From Diplonema japonicum (Eukaryota > Protista > Euglenozoa: Diplonemea), in contig OZ025664.1 in assembly GCA_964019335.1 (NCBI GenBank), forward strand, positions 434,001 through 498,000: a stretch of DNA of 64,000 bases, read 5' to 3'. Position 1 is the stretch's first letter; every line of letters begins with the position of its first letter. The notes below the pieces were generated by a model that saw nothing but the letters and a program-made list of their open reading frames with translations, did no database searches and was not told the DNA's origin. Shown piece by piece: positions 30,919 to 40,807 of this stretch. The translations under genes were made by a program, and so were the position numbers.

Positions 30919-31788
30919 ATGTTGTTGGTAAAACGCGTTGTCCAAAAGCGTTTCGCCTCCAAGATCACCACTGGAGGCTACAAAAATAAAATTATGAACC
31001 AGGGCAGAGGTGGGCCGCTGACAAAGTGGTACGGGTGGAAGATCACCCCGGGTGGCATGGCAGAGACAGGATGGACAGTCTATAAAACCCAGGTGTCAAG
31101 CTTAGCTGTGGATGACGATGACGATGAAATGCCTTTCAATATTTACCCTGGGCTGAACACGGTAAGGGACCACTTGGGGTATATTAAGGCCACCGTCAAC
31201 GGGATTGTGAGGATTTCGAAACTGCCTGGGACGGAAGGTACCGGTGAGAAGGTGTTCGTGTGGATCGACCCGAACTTCACACAATTTTTCAAAAAGGAGT
31301 TTGAACGGCACCGGCACAGGGCGAACGGGAATGAATTTGTCGCCGATGAAATCGAGGATCGGTTTTTAAGAACCCCTAGATGGACGCGTAAGGAGGACAC
31401 AGAACAAGAGCTCCCTGACTGGCCGAAGAACCCAGTGTGGGATCATGTCGGCAAAAAAAATTATTCCATGCAGCCCTCCACGAAAAATATGAAAAAGGCA
31501 CTCACTGAACGGGAGCGGTATGAACAGGCAGACCAAGATATGTTCTACTCCCGTATGGCCAACCGAACCCGAAGCTACTCATTCGGCGGGATAAATTACG
31601 CCTATGAAAATGAAAGGCTTCAAGAAAAGCCCATCACAATCGATCACAATGGAGGGCACTCTTTCCACCGCCCCACCGTCGGCGGTCGCTCGGTAATCTA
31701 CGCAAAAGGACACGTCCGAAGCACACATAAGAAGGAGCGTTACAGGGTGTACCACGTCTCGGATATGTTTGGCACTTTCTGGGAATAG
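30919..31788 (+). CDS. Putative mitochondrial ribosomal protein bL27m-like with long C-terminal extension
   Basis: ATG follows a poly-A tract. Presequence-like MLLVKRVVQKRF, then ASKITTGGYKN...YGWK..PG....GWTV..TQ...IYPGLN..RDH..IKATVNGIVRI, which follows the bL27 pattern (ASKK.GGS..N..G.K..G..V.AG.I..RQ...HPG.NV...DH.L.A...G.V). Confidence 0.6.
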   Translation: MLLVKRVVQKRFASKITTGGYKNKIMNQGRGGPLTKWYGWKITPGGMAETGWTVYKTQVSSLAVDDDDDEMPFNIYPGLNTVRDHLGYIKATVNGIVRISKLPGTEGTGEKVFVWIDPNFTQFFKKEFERHRHRANGNEFVADEIEDRFLRTPRWTRKEDTEQELPDWPKNPVWDHVGKKNYSMQPSTKNMKKALTERERYEQADQDMFYSRMANRTRSYSFGGINYAYENERLQEKPITIDHNGGHSFHRPTVGGRSVIYAKGHVRSTHKKERYRVYHVSDMFGTFWE

Positions 31789-32024
31789 AAGAAAAAAGAG
31801 GAGGAAAAAGAGAATGGAGAGAGAGAGAGGAGTGTTATTATATAAGAGAGTGTTTTCTGTTTGGAGTGTGTTCCCCCCCTTTTTTTTTTGTATTAAATTA
31901 TAGCGCATTTAACGCAGATTTCCGACAAGGCTTTTGGTTTAGATGAGCCAGGGAGATCACAACCCATCTGTCAGGAGCGGGGGAGAGGGAAAGAGGGAGG
32001 GAGAAAATAAAATAAAATAAAAGA

Positions 32025-32474
32025 ATGCTAAAGCGAACGCTGATACGGTTGCCGTTCGTTGATGCAGCCCCCGACCCGCGGAGGGTGGCGTGCCACACTG
32101 CGGGGAACCGACCGTTGGGGAGACGGGGGGTGAAGGAGGGGAACTTCAGATTTACGAGGGATGACCTTGCGTACGAAATGCCCGGGTTCGCAGGGGGTGA
32201 TTCCAATATCTTCAACAGACACACAATGAAGCACCTGGGCAAGGCCAAGCCGCTGAAACAAAAGGTTCAATGCCCGTGGTGCCACACCTTCTTCCCATAC
32301 ACCTACGAGGAGTACAGACGGGACCCTGCGCTTCAGGATGAATATCAAAAACATGAGGACAGCCATGCCCCGCCGCCTGGGTGGGAACCCGATCCAAGAC
32401 CCATGAAGGGCAAGGGCGTCACTCAATACGATGCTCGGCACCGATTCGGGTGGATGCTTGGTGAGGAATGGTAA
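32025..32474 (+). CDS. Small, probably mitochondrial protein with a CPWC...H-x3-H zinc-finger-like motif
   Basis: 149-aa ORF; presequence-like MLKRTLIRL; QCPWCH...KHEDSH. Confidence 0.75.
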   Translation: MLKRTLIRLPFVDAAPDPRRVACHTAGNRPLGRRGVKEGNFRFTRDDLAYEMPGFAGGDSNIFNRHTMKHLGKAKPLKQKVQCPWCHTFFPYTYEEYRRDPALQDEYQKHEDSHAPPPGWEPDPRPMKGKGVTQYDARHRFGWMLGEEW

Positions 32475-32595
32475 CAAAGAAACAGTGTTATTTTTTTCTT
32501 CTATTGCAGTGTTTTCTTTTTTTTTTTTTTTTGTTTTAATTTTTATGTCAATATACACTGAAAGAAATCAAGGGGGTGTTGGGGGGGGGGAGGCC

Positions 32596-34176
32596 ATGAT
32601 ATGCGAGGGCTGCAAGAAGAAGTTCGCGCTCACAGACCTCAAGCGGCACCTTGACGTGGTGGCGATCAATGTCCACGACCCGAAATTCTACGACCTTTGT
32701 CCCGACAAGGGCAAACTGCCGCAGAAGAGCATCGAAGAGTTCCTCCGCTTGCGACAGACCCCCATCGAGGAGCTCCCGAAAAACCCACAACGAGCGTCAA
32801 AAGGCGTATCCGACTCACTCCACTGGGACGTCCCTCAGGCCCGCACCTCTACCGTCGACACATCTCTTCTGGACTTCAAGCGCAAGGCAGCCTACGACCC
32901 TAACCAAACACTAGACGACACGTTGAAATGGCCCGATAGAAAAACCCAAGCACATATGAGAAAGACGCCCTTCCAACAGGCTATGGCAGAAGAAGACTTG
33001 TCGGATTCTTTGAAATGGGGGGGCGCCAGGGTGCGCCGTCCAAAGACTGCGTGGGAAAAAACTCAAACAGAATTAGAGCCCGAAGACGTTAAATGGGCCA
33101 CATCGCAGCGCAATGCAGGCCGCACCCAAAGGCAGATCAGAGTCGCGCAAGAAGACGAGCGCAACGATGCAAACCACGCTTTGAAGTCCGACAGAAAGCT
33201 CGACATCGGAAAGGCTGCACCCCGGAAGCATACCTTGCTGGAGAAGATGCAGGAGCGAGAACGGCAAGAGCGTGTTCAGGAACAGGATGCCACGACCAGC
33301 CGCAAGCAGCAGGCGGCCTCTCGCAAAGCCTCTCAACTGCACCTTGATATCAAACGTGCGGCCTCTATGCTGGAAACGCAGCAAACCCAACGGCGTGGGA
33401 CCACCCGCAAGACGTGCCCCCACTGCGCCTTCGCTTGGCAGGATAAGCATGGCAGCAACGAGTGTCCTAAGTGTATGAAGCCGCTGCAAAGAACACGTCC
33501 GAATGTCTTGAGGTCGGAGCACAACACCACTGTGCCTCAGGGTGGGGGTTTGGCACAATCGAGCGCAAGTCAGCAGTACCCAATGCAGCAGTTCTCCCCA
33601 CCACTGCACCCTAACCCGCAGGATTGGAGACAACACAAGCAATTCCAGCAGCAGCAACAACAGCAGCACGGGCAGCAGCTGCAACATCAACATCACCATC
33701 ATAGGACGCATGGTGCGCAGAGGCAACAGCAGGACCCGCAGCACCAGCACGAGTTGCAAGAGACGAGGAGGCAACAACACCACAATCGGGATCAATTGCA
33801 CCATCAGGAACAGCAGATGCAATTCCAGCACCAACACCAGCAACAACACCTACATCAGCATCAGCACCAGCATCAGCAGCACGGGCAGCAATATCCGTCG
33901 CCTGCCGGGTTTCCGCAAGAGCAGTCTTTTGGGCATTCGCAGCAATTCCCACAACAGCAAGAACAGTTCTATGCGACACTGCCACGGCAAAAGACATGCA
34001 CCGCATGCGGGCACCATGTGCGCAACATGCAAAAGACTCGATGTCCAAAGTGCCACCAGCTGCTCTCTGATGGTGTTAATAAGCGGCAGCTGAGACAGCA
34101 AAGAACCCGCACGAAGCTCGACAACGGAAGAAATACCCTGAAAAAAGGAAACACGGCAACCGGAGCATGGAAATGA
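32596..34176 (+). CDS. Hypothetical protein with CxxC zinc ribbons and a Gln/His-rich low-complexity region
   Basis: Likely start MICEGC (32596). Paired knuckles CPHC..CPKC and CTAC..CPKC flank a poly-Q/H tract; repeated DxL(K/H)W motifs in the N-terminal half. Confidence 0.8.
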   Translation: MICEGCKKKFALTDLKRHLDVVAINVHDPKFYDLCPDKGKLPQKSIEEFLRLRQTPIEELPKNPQRASKGVSDSLHWDVPQARTSTVDTSLLDFKRKAAYDPNQTLDDTLKWPDRKTQAHMRKTPFQQAMAEEDLSDSLKWGGARVRRPKTAWEKTQTELEPEDVKWATSQRNAGRTQRQIRVAQEDERNDANHALKSDRKLDIGKAAPRKHTLLEKMQERERQERVQEQDATTSRKQQAASRKASQLHLDIKRAASMLETQQTQRRGTTRKTCPHCAFAWQDKHGSNECPKCMKPLQRTRPNVLRSEHNTTVPQGGGLAQSSASQQYPMQQFSPPLHPNPQDWRQHKQFQQQQQQQHGQQLQHQHHHHRTHGAQRQQQDPQHQHELQETRRQQHHNRDQLHHQEQQMQFQHQHQQQHLHQHQHQHQQHGQQYPSPAGFPQEQSFGHSQQFPQQQEQFYATLPRQKTCTACGHHVRNMQKTRCPKCHQLLSDGVNKRQLRQQRTRTKLDNGRNTLKKGNTATGAWK

Positions 34177-34455
34177 GCCTCCCCCCGGCCTTCCGTGTCT
34201 TCCACGGCAACAACCTGTAATCACACCTGATAGATCTTTTTTTTTTTTTTTTTTTTTTTTTTTGTTTCCTTTTTACCACCTAAAACAAAAAGTTTCAGAT
34301 TTTCTTTTCCTTCAATTTGTTTTTTCTTTGTACCCCCAGTAGTGAAACAGTAATTTTGGAGTTTTTTTTTTTTTTTTTTCTTTCGAAAAAAAAAAAAAAA
34401 AAAAAAACGCACCGCAAAAAAAAAAAAAAAAAAAAAGGATACCTAGCATCTTAAA

Positions 34456-35415
34456 ATGTCGAAGTGGATCATCGAAGACCTTGAGGACGGGCTGAGGTTC
34501 TCCTACAAACTGAACAAAATCCTGTCGTCGACTCAGTCGGAGTTCCAGCAGGTTGATGTGTGCGAGACGGCGCCGTTCGGCAGGGTGCTGATCATCGACG
34601 GGTTGATCCAGAGCTCGCAGTTGGACGAGTACGTGTACCATGAGTCGCTTGTGCACCCTGCCATGCTGGCACACGCCACAGGCCCCAAGAGGGTGTTCAT
34701 CGGTGGCGGCGGCGAGGGCAGCACCGCAAGGGAGGTGCTGAGGCACAAGAGCGTCGAGAAGTGTGTGATGGTGGACATCGACGGTGCCGTCGTGGACTTC
34801 TGCAAGGAGCACCTTCCGGAGAACGCTGAGGCCTTCAAGGACTCCAGGCTGGAACTCATCATCGACGACTGCAAAATCCAGCTTGAGAAGGCTGAGGAGA
34901 AGTTCGACGTTATCATCATGGACCTTGACGACCCTCTTGAGGACGGTCCCTGCTACTGGCTGTACTGCAAGGAGTTCTACGAGATGTGCAAGTCGAAATT
35001 GAACCCTGGTGGTATCCTTGTGACACAAGCGTCCGGTGCCGGTGTGAAGCAGCACCACCAGGTGTTCGCTCCTGTGTACAACACCCTCAAGCAGGTCTTC
35101 CCTGCCGTTAAGGGTTACAACCAGGCCGTGTACTCCTTCGCTGACGAATGGGGTTTCGTCATTGGGTACTCGGACGAGGCCTGCGCCAAGGTCGATGAGG
35201 AGACCATCAACAAGCGCATTGCCGAGCGTATCACCGGTGAACTTGAGTTCCTTGACGGTGAGTCCTACACTGGTCTCTTCTCCCTCTCCAAGAAGGTCAG
35301 GAAGACCCTCAGCGAGGAATCCCGCGTCCTGTCCAAGGACGCCCCTGCTATTTTCCTCTCCCACATGACCGGTGTCTCCAACTACACCAAGGAATCCACC
35401 AGCACCAAGCAGTAG
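34456..35415 (+). CDS. Polyamine aminopropyltransferase, thermospermine synthase (ACL5-like) type
   Basis: SEFQ, FGRVLIIDGLIQS, DEYVYHESLVHPA, IGGGGEGSTARE (GGGEG rather than GGGDG), VDIDG, DLDDPLEDGPCYWLY. Strong codon bias suggests high expression. Confidence 0.9.
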   Translation: MSKWIIEDLEDGLRFSYKLNKILSSTQSEFQQVDVCETAPFGRVLIIDGLIQSSQLDEYVYHESLVHPAMLAHATGPKRVFIGGGGEGSTAREVLRHKSVEKCVMVDIDGAVVDFCKEHLPENAEAFKDSRLELIIDDCKIQLEKAEEKFDVIIMDLDDPLEDGPCYWLYCKEFYEMCKSKLNPGGILVTQASGAGVKQHHQVFAPVYNTLKQVFPAVKGYNQAVYSFADEWGFVIGYSDEACAKVDEETINKRIAERITGELEFLDGESYTGLFSLSKKVRKTLSEESRVLSKDAPAIFLSHMTGVSNYTKESTSTKQ

Positions 35416-35708
35416 GCTGCTTCTTTTTTTTTTTGATACCTCTCTTTTTACTTTCCCCCCCCCCCCATTTTTTTTTTGCGTTAAAACGTCGGCCAAAAGA
35501 AAAAAGTTTTTTTTTTTTTGTTAAGTCCGGTTTGTTTGGCGGAAGTGTCAGTTTTCTTTTTTTTTTTTTTTTTTTTTTCTCCATCATATATTTTTTTTTA
35601 TTTTTATTCTCCATTATTTTTTTCTATAAAAAAAATTGCACGTGTTCTCAAAAAAAAAAAATCTCTCAGGGGCGTGGCAACAAAAAAAAAAAAGAAGAAA
35701 AAAATACC

Positions 35709-35836
35709 ATGGCAGATAGGTCGAAAAGGGCAAGTAAGCACCCTTATGCAAATGTAAACTCTTCGAAGCCGAAGGACTATTATGATTATGAGAATTTTCC
35801 CATTTGCTGGAACCCGCAGGACTCTTACGAGGTATT

Positions 35837-35871
<35 letters not shown>

Positions 35872-36535
35872 CCACCCCCACTTTTTTTTTTTTCATTTTT
35901 TTCCACCTTACAGGTCGTGAAAAAAATTGGCAGAGGTAAGTACTCTGAAGTGTTCGAAGGGGTCAACGTGAATAATGATGAAAAGTGTGTTATAAAAGTG
36001 CTGAAGCCTGTGAAAAAAATGAAGATCAAACGGGAAATCAAGATTTTGCAGAACCTCTGTGGGGGGACAAATATCATCAAGCTTCTGGATGTGGTGCGGG
36101 ACCCGCTTTCCAAGACACCAGCCCTCATCTTTGAGCATGTGAACAACATTGATTTCAGGACCCTCTACCCGACCCTCTCCGACCTCGATATCAGGTACTA
36201 CATCAACGAATTACTGAAGGCCTTGGATTTCTGCCACTCCATGGGGATTACCCATCGAGATGTGAAGCCGCAAAATGTTATGATTGACCACGAGAAACGT
36301 GTCCTTAGGTTGATCGACTGGGGTCTGGCCGAATTTTTCCATCAAGGTCAGGAGTACAATGTCCGTGTTGCGTCCAGGTACTTCAAGGGGCCTGAGCTAT
36401 TGGTCGATTTCCACGAATATGACTATCTGCTCGATATGTGGTCTTTGGGGTGCATGTTTGCCGCCATGATTTTCCGCAAGGAGCCGTTTTTCCACGGTCA
36501 TGACAATTATGACCAGTTAGTCAAAATTGTATGGG

Positions 36536-36573
<38 letters not shown>

Positions 36574-36896
36574 CCCACAGAGCAAAGTCCTCGGGACGGA
36601 TGAGATGTACAGCTACCTTGACAAATACAACATTGAGCTTTCTCCTCATTACGACGGAATTCTGCAGCACCACCCGAGGAAGCCCTGGAAGCATTTCATC
36701 AACAAGGTTGTTTTTTTTTTGGGGGGGGGGGGAAATATTCGTTTTTTATTTACAGGACAACCAAACTCTTGCTACTCCCGATGCGCTTGATTTCCTCGAT
36801 AAATTGTTGGTTTACGACCAGCAGCTCCGGATGGACGCTACAACGGCCATGAAACATGCGTACCTGGACCCCGTTAGGAGCGAGGCACAGAGTTAG
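35709..36896 (+). CDS. CSNK2A1: Casein kinase II alpha; exons 35709-35831, 35914-36528, 36581-36706, 36756-36896
   Basis: [53 protein letters not shown]. Removing three GT-AG introns gives a continuous 334-aa CK2 alpha. Confidence 0.96.
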
Positions 36897-37876
36897 AAGA
36901 AAGGAAAAAAAAAAAAAAAAAAAAAAAAAAAGTGTTTCCTCTTTTTTTTTTGTTGTTTTAATTTTTCACACACACCATTTTTTTTTTTTTCCCCTTTCCC
37001 AATATATTTTTTTTCTTGCCTTTTTTTTTGAGATGAGGTGGGGGAAGGATTTATAAGAAAAAAAACAAATCATTTTGAAAAAAAAAAAGAAAAAGGAAGA
37101 AGAGGAGTTGTTGGGGGGGGGGGGGTCCGGTATTTTTTCCTAAAATAAAAGGCTTTAAATAATTGGGAGGATAAAAAAGACTTTCAAAAAAAAAAAGTGT
37201 GTATATTTCCCCCCCCCCCCCTTCCCTCCCACCAGACCCCTTTGTTCTTAGATAAAACCTTAAGTCGTTTTTTTTTCCCCTTTTTTTTCCCCCTTCTTTT
37301 TTTTAAACAATACCGTTGTCCAACTCAAACTGTACAGCAGCGCAAATGAGTAAGTATTTTATTTCTTCTTTTCTTTTTTAACGTAAGATATCGTCCCCGC
37401 AAACCACAAAACAACAAAAATTACGGACAATTTGGGTAGAACGTGTTGCCGTTTTCCCAACTTAATGGTAAAAGTTTTTTTTTTTTTTATCCAAACAGGG
37501 GGGGAAAAAAATACCCCAGCTTGTGAGCTGACAAGATTTGAATGCTTTTTTTTTTCTTTTTTTTTTTCTCAAGTGATTATTGCTTTTGTTTTGTTAGTCA
37601 AAAAAAAGAAGGAAACAAAAAAGAGAAAAAAAAGAGAGAGAAGTCTGCGTACCACGTAGTGTAAGTTTTCCCCCCCCCCCTTTTTTTCATTTCATAACAT
37701 CTCTGCAGTTTCTTTTTTTTTTTGTGAAAAACCATTTTTTTATTCTTTTTTTCTTCTTCATTCATTTATTCAATTTTTCTTTTTTTTTTTTTTCTGTCCA
37801 CTTTACCTCCACTTACCGCGGTTTCGTGGGGCTATATAAAAAAAAAAAAAAAGAAAAGAGAGAGAGAAAAAAAAAA

Positions 37877-38213
37877 ATGATAGAAAGCTACTTCCGAGTC
37901 CCACCTATAAAATTGAAACAGCCTGATCTGTCTTGGAGACCAGAAATGTGGCTGGTACAAGCAGGGCTCCTCTTCGCCTTTTGGCTGATCACCAGTGGCA
38001 TTGTGTACGACATGATCAACGAGCCTCCTGCAGTGGGCACTACCGACGGCCCAGGAGGGAGAAAGGTTCCTCAGGGCGTCATGGACCGAATGCAAGGGCA
38101 GTATTTCATAGAAGGGTTGACCGGAGGTTTCTACTACACTATGGGTGGGTCAGGATGCATTTTGGCTCATTACAGCCTCACAGCTCCTTGGGCCCTTAAG
38201 AAAAGAGTATGCG

Positions 38214-38246
<33 letters not shown>

Positions 38247-39891
38247 ACTATTTATTAAATAAAAATCAGATTACCTGATTTTTACGAGGAATTTTTTTTT
38301 TCACTTGAAATTCAAAAAAAACGAGTGAAAAAAGAAATTCCGAGTAAAAATCTGGCTGATTTTTATTTAATATGATATTTTATTTAATTTTTGTAAAGTT
38401 AAATGAGGAAATTTCGGACACTGTGAACCCTACATGTTCACTTCTGAGAAATGTTCACACTGATGTCAAAACTAAGCCTGATTGCCTGAGAAGGCGATGT
38501 CAAATTGACAGAATTCTGTAGGTTTTGTGTAATTTGTGTCGGCACTTGATCATCGCTCTTCAGAAACTGCTGGTTTTGTGCGGGGGCTTGATCAGGTCTG
38601 ACTTCCAGCCAAAACAGCAGGTTCCTTCATCAACAAGGTATTGTGCAAAAGAACGCCTGTATGCATGGCCAGTGTAATTTTCGGCATTTGCCGGCCTCAG
38701 GTGTGATGCTTGGTGGCCAGGAAACGTGGTAAAGTGTGTTTATGCCTCTTTTGCCTCGGATGCCTGACTGTTTTTTGCCTCAGATACCTGACTGTGGTTT
38801 GGGTTGGTTTGGGTTTCGTCTCATATTTTGCGAGGCGATTAATAATGTATGTGTCGAGCGACGTTTGTAAAAGCGCAACATGCTGTTGCTTAGAGCTTGG
38901 ATACGGCCATACTCTGGTGAATGCACCCCATCCCGCCTGATTTGGGAAGTTAAGCACCAGCAGGCCAGGTTAGTACTGCGGTGAGTGATCACGTGGGAAG
39001 CCCTGGTGCTGTATCCTCCAAACTTTTGGGCTAGCCTTCGGGCTAGTGGTAGTCTGGCCGGCTACCAATCCCCAAGGCCCGGGGTCGATTCCCTCCTCTC
39101 GGTATCTTTCGGGGAGTCGACCCGTGATCTCTTCCTCTCACATCATCTCCAACGCCAACATTCGGCTCCGGGCGGGGCCAACAAATCCTTCCACGGTGGA
39201 ATAACGCAGAAGGCGGCTCGATCCGTAAGTGACCACTGGCCTCTAGGCAACCAGTTAAAAACAGAACCGTCCCCCGTAGGGATGGGCAGTAAAGGAACAC
39301 TATGGCAGGAGAACCAGGGTTTCCGATACAAGTGCACTTATAGCAAAAAAAAAAAAAAAAAAAAAAAACTGTTGCTTAGTGGTAGCTCAGTGGTCATGTC
39401 GTCGCACTCGTCTCCTGGAGACGCCAGATCAAATCCTGGACCCTGAACTTTTTTCGATAAAATCGGGGTCAAAAAAACGGTCCCTCGGGGCTTGAACCCT
39501 CGACCCCTGAAACAGTGGCCGAGGATCCTGACCTACGGCGGTGTCAGCGGCCACCAGATGCAAAAAATGAAGACGAATGCCGAAAAAGCCGCTGCTCAGA
39601 GTAAAAATCAGATTTTACTTTATTTTTACGGCACTTTTTTAAGCCAAATTCGGCCTATTACTTTATTTTTATTCTTCACTTTATTTTTACTCGTGAACGA
39701 TAAAGTGATTTCTGATTTTTATGGCTCTTTAGGAATTTCCTCATGTAACTTTACAGAATTAAATAAAAAAAAAAAAAAAAAAACAGAGCATCGCCCTCGG
39801 GACTGCATTCGCTCTTGTGATCCTTGCAAAATTCGGGACCAATATGTTCTGGTCCATCAAAATGCCTGGCTACCGTCCGACTATGTTTTAA
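37877..39891 (+). CDS. OSTC: Oligosaccharyltransferase subunit OSTC/DC2; exons 37877-38206 and 39787-39891, 1,580-nt intron
   Basis: Exon 1: YFRVPP.KLKQP, ITSGIVYDMINEPPAVG, GQYFIEGL. Exon 2: SIALGTAFALVILAKFGTNMFWSIKMPGYRPTMF*, supplying the last TM helix and the conserved K(L/M)PGY end. Phase-0 intron GTATGC...ACAG. Confidence 0.9.
38253..38372. repeat. 120-bp fold-back palindrome
   Basis: TATTAAATAAAAATCAG ... CTGATTTTTATTTAATA (perfect 17 bp), with inner arms GATTTTTAC/GTAAAAATC, GGAATTT/AAATTCC and TTTTTTCACT/AGTGAAAAAA. Confidence 0.92.
38378..38415. repeat. Left inverted repeat (~37 bp), partner of 39732-39768
   Basis: TTTTATTTAATTTTTGTAAAGTTAAATGAGGAAATTTC versus the reverse complement of the right copy, TTTTATTTAATTCTGTAAAGTTACATGAGGAAATTCC. 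Confidence 0.92.
38438..38875 (-). pseudogene. Decayed tyrosine recombinase (Crypton-like/phage-integrase family), C-terminal portion
   Basis: Minus strand, across frameshifts: RYLRQK..RGINTL / PRFLATKHH / LRPANAENYTGHAYRRSFAQYLVDEG..FGWKSD / Q-N-S-rich tail to TGA. The H-x-x-R box (38653-38676) and GWKS box (38596-38610) of YRs are present; the catalytic Tyr segment is missing. Confidence 0.75.
38899..39017 (+). rRNA. 5S rRNA: 5S rRNA gene (119 nt)
   Basis: GGATACGGCCATAC...GAAGTTAAGC...GTTAGTAC...GGGAA...GTGCTGTATCCT. Helices pair (GGATACGGC/GCTGTATCC, CTGGTG/CACCAG, CCAGG/CCTGG, GTGA/TCAC); TTTT at 39024-39027. Confidence 0.96.
39028..39105 (+). promoter_or_regulatory. tRNA-like Pol III A/B-box unit (no proper cloverleaf)
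   Basis: GGCTAGTGGTAG ... GGCCCGGGGTCGATTCCC resembles the D- and T-loop boxes of tRNA-Glu/Gly at tRNA spacing. Begins with a CTAGCC-TTCG-GGCTAG UUCG hairpin. Confidence 0.5.
39376..39454 (+). promoter_or_regulatory. tRNA-like Pol III unit with T6 terminator
   Basis: A box GGTAGCTCAGTGG (39381-39393), T-arm-like CCAGATCAAATCCTGG (39424-39439), TTTTTT 39449-39454; acceptor and anticodon stems do not pair. Confidence 0.5.
39471..39555 (-). promoter_or_regulatory. Convergent tRNA-like unit with B box and T7 terminator
   Basis: Minus strand reads GTCGAGGGTTCAAGCCCCGAGGGACCG followed by TTTTTTT; A box is poor. Confidence 0.4.
39602..39721. repeat. Second ~120-bp fold-back, related to 38253-38372
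   Basis: TAAAAATCAGATTTTACTTTATTTTTACG versus the reverse complement of the right arm, TAAAAATCAGAAATCACTTTATCGTTCACG. ACTTTATTTTTA occurs three times inside. Confidence 0.8.
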
Positions 39892-40082
39892 TTAAACGGC
39901 AGTGTGTACCCCTCCTTTTTTTTTTTTTTTTTTTTTTTAATAGTTTCCACGTCTTTTTTTTATTATTATTATTATTTTTTTTTTTAATTTCCATAGCGCC
40001 CGGGAAAAAAAAAAAGAAAGGAAAACGGGGGAAAAAGAAAAATTTAAAAAAAAAAAAAAAAAAGACAAAAAAAAAAAAGAAA

Positions 40083-40760
40083 ATGGGCCAGGGCAGCACG
40101 AAGGATATAGGAGCCGAGCTGGTTCAAGTACGCTGCGAAGGCAGACCGGATCTGGTGGGGGTGTACAGCAAGAGGGGCCAAGAAAAAGAAATTCTTATAT
40201 TCAAATCGAAAGGAGAGAAAATAGGAGTACAGTTCAACATCGATGGGGTGGTACGAGGGGTGGAATCCGGCTCACCAGGTGATAAAGCCGGCCTCGCAAA
40301 CTGCATCGGCGACACTATACTGAATAAGGAAATAATAGACCTCTCTTTAAACGACGAAACCGTTTGCCTGAAACTCAAAGAAGAGGACCCATCTGCAAAC
40401 TATTACCCAGTATGGAAGAAGGGAAACTTCCATATCTACTCCACCAAAGAAGGCAAATGGATGTTAACAGACTCCAAGGAAGGCATCACCAAATCCAGCG
40501 GGTACGCCATGACAACCCTTCACAGCGAAAGTCCCCCTACCGAAATACCTGAGTGGCACACCTACAACAGGAGCAAAGCACAGTGGGAAGTTGACAGATC
40601 TTTCGCGGTGTGGGAGCTGACAATGCCCACATTTAAAATAGGCCAGCTGGTGGAGTTCAAGCCCTCAGTTGCTTCTCAAGAAGACGCCTACCAGCCTGGT
40701 ATTATAACAGCAACGAAGACTCCTGAAGAGGTCATGCAAGGGGCACACCAATATGGTATG

Positions 40761-40807
<47 letters not shown>

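Larger units (their letters stand above)
38245..39768 (-). mobile_element. Non-autonomous tyrosine-recombinase-related element in the OSTC intron, carrying a 5S rRNA gene
   Basis: Flanked by poly-A on both sides; removing it restores a ~55-nt intron typical of this locus. Contains palindrome 38253-38372, inverted repeats 38378-38415 and 39732-39768, a second palindrome 39602-39721 and a YR remnant. Confidence 0.8.

Noticed and set aside
34312-35496. 394-aa minus-strand ORF
   Set aside because: Antisense shadow of the strongly codon-biased aminopropyltransferase gene.
38555-38580. CAGAAACTG, the reverse complement of the CAGTTTCTG core of euglenozoan spliced leaders, near the 5S gene
   Set aside because: Only 9 nt match, with no TACTTTATTG-GTATG donor context; it lies within the YR remnant's tail.
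39028-39555. Functional tRNA genes
   Set aside because: Acceptor and anticodon stems cannot be paired; recorded only as tRNA-like A/B boxes.
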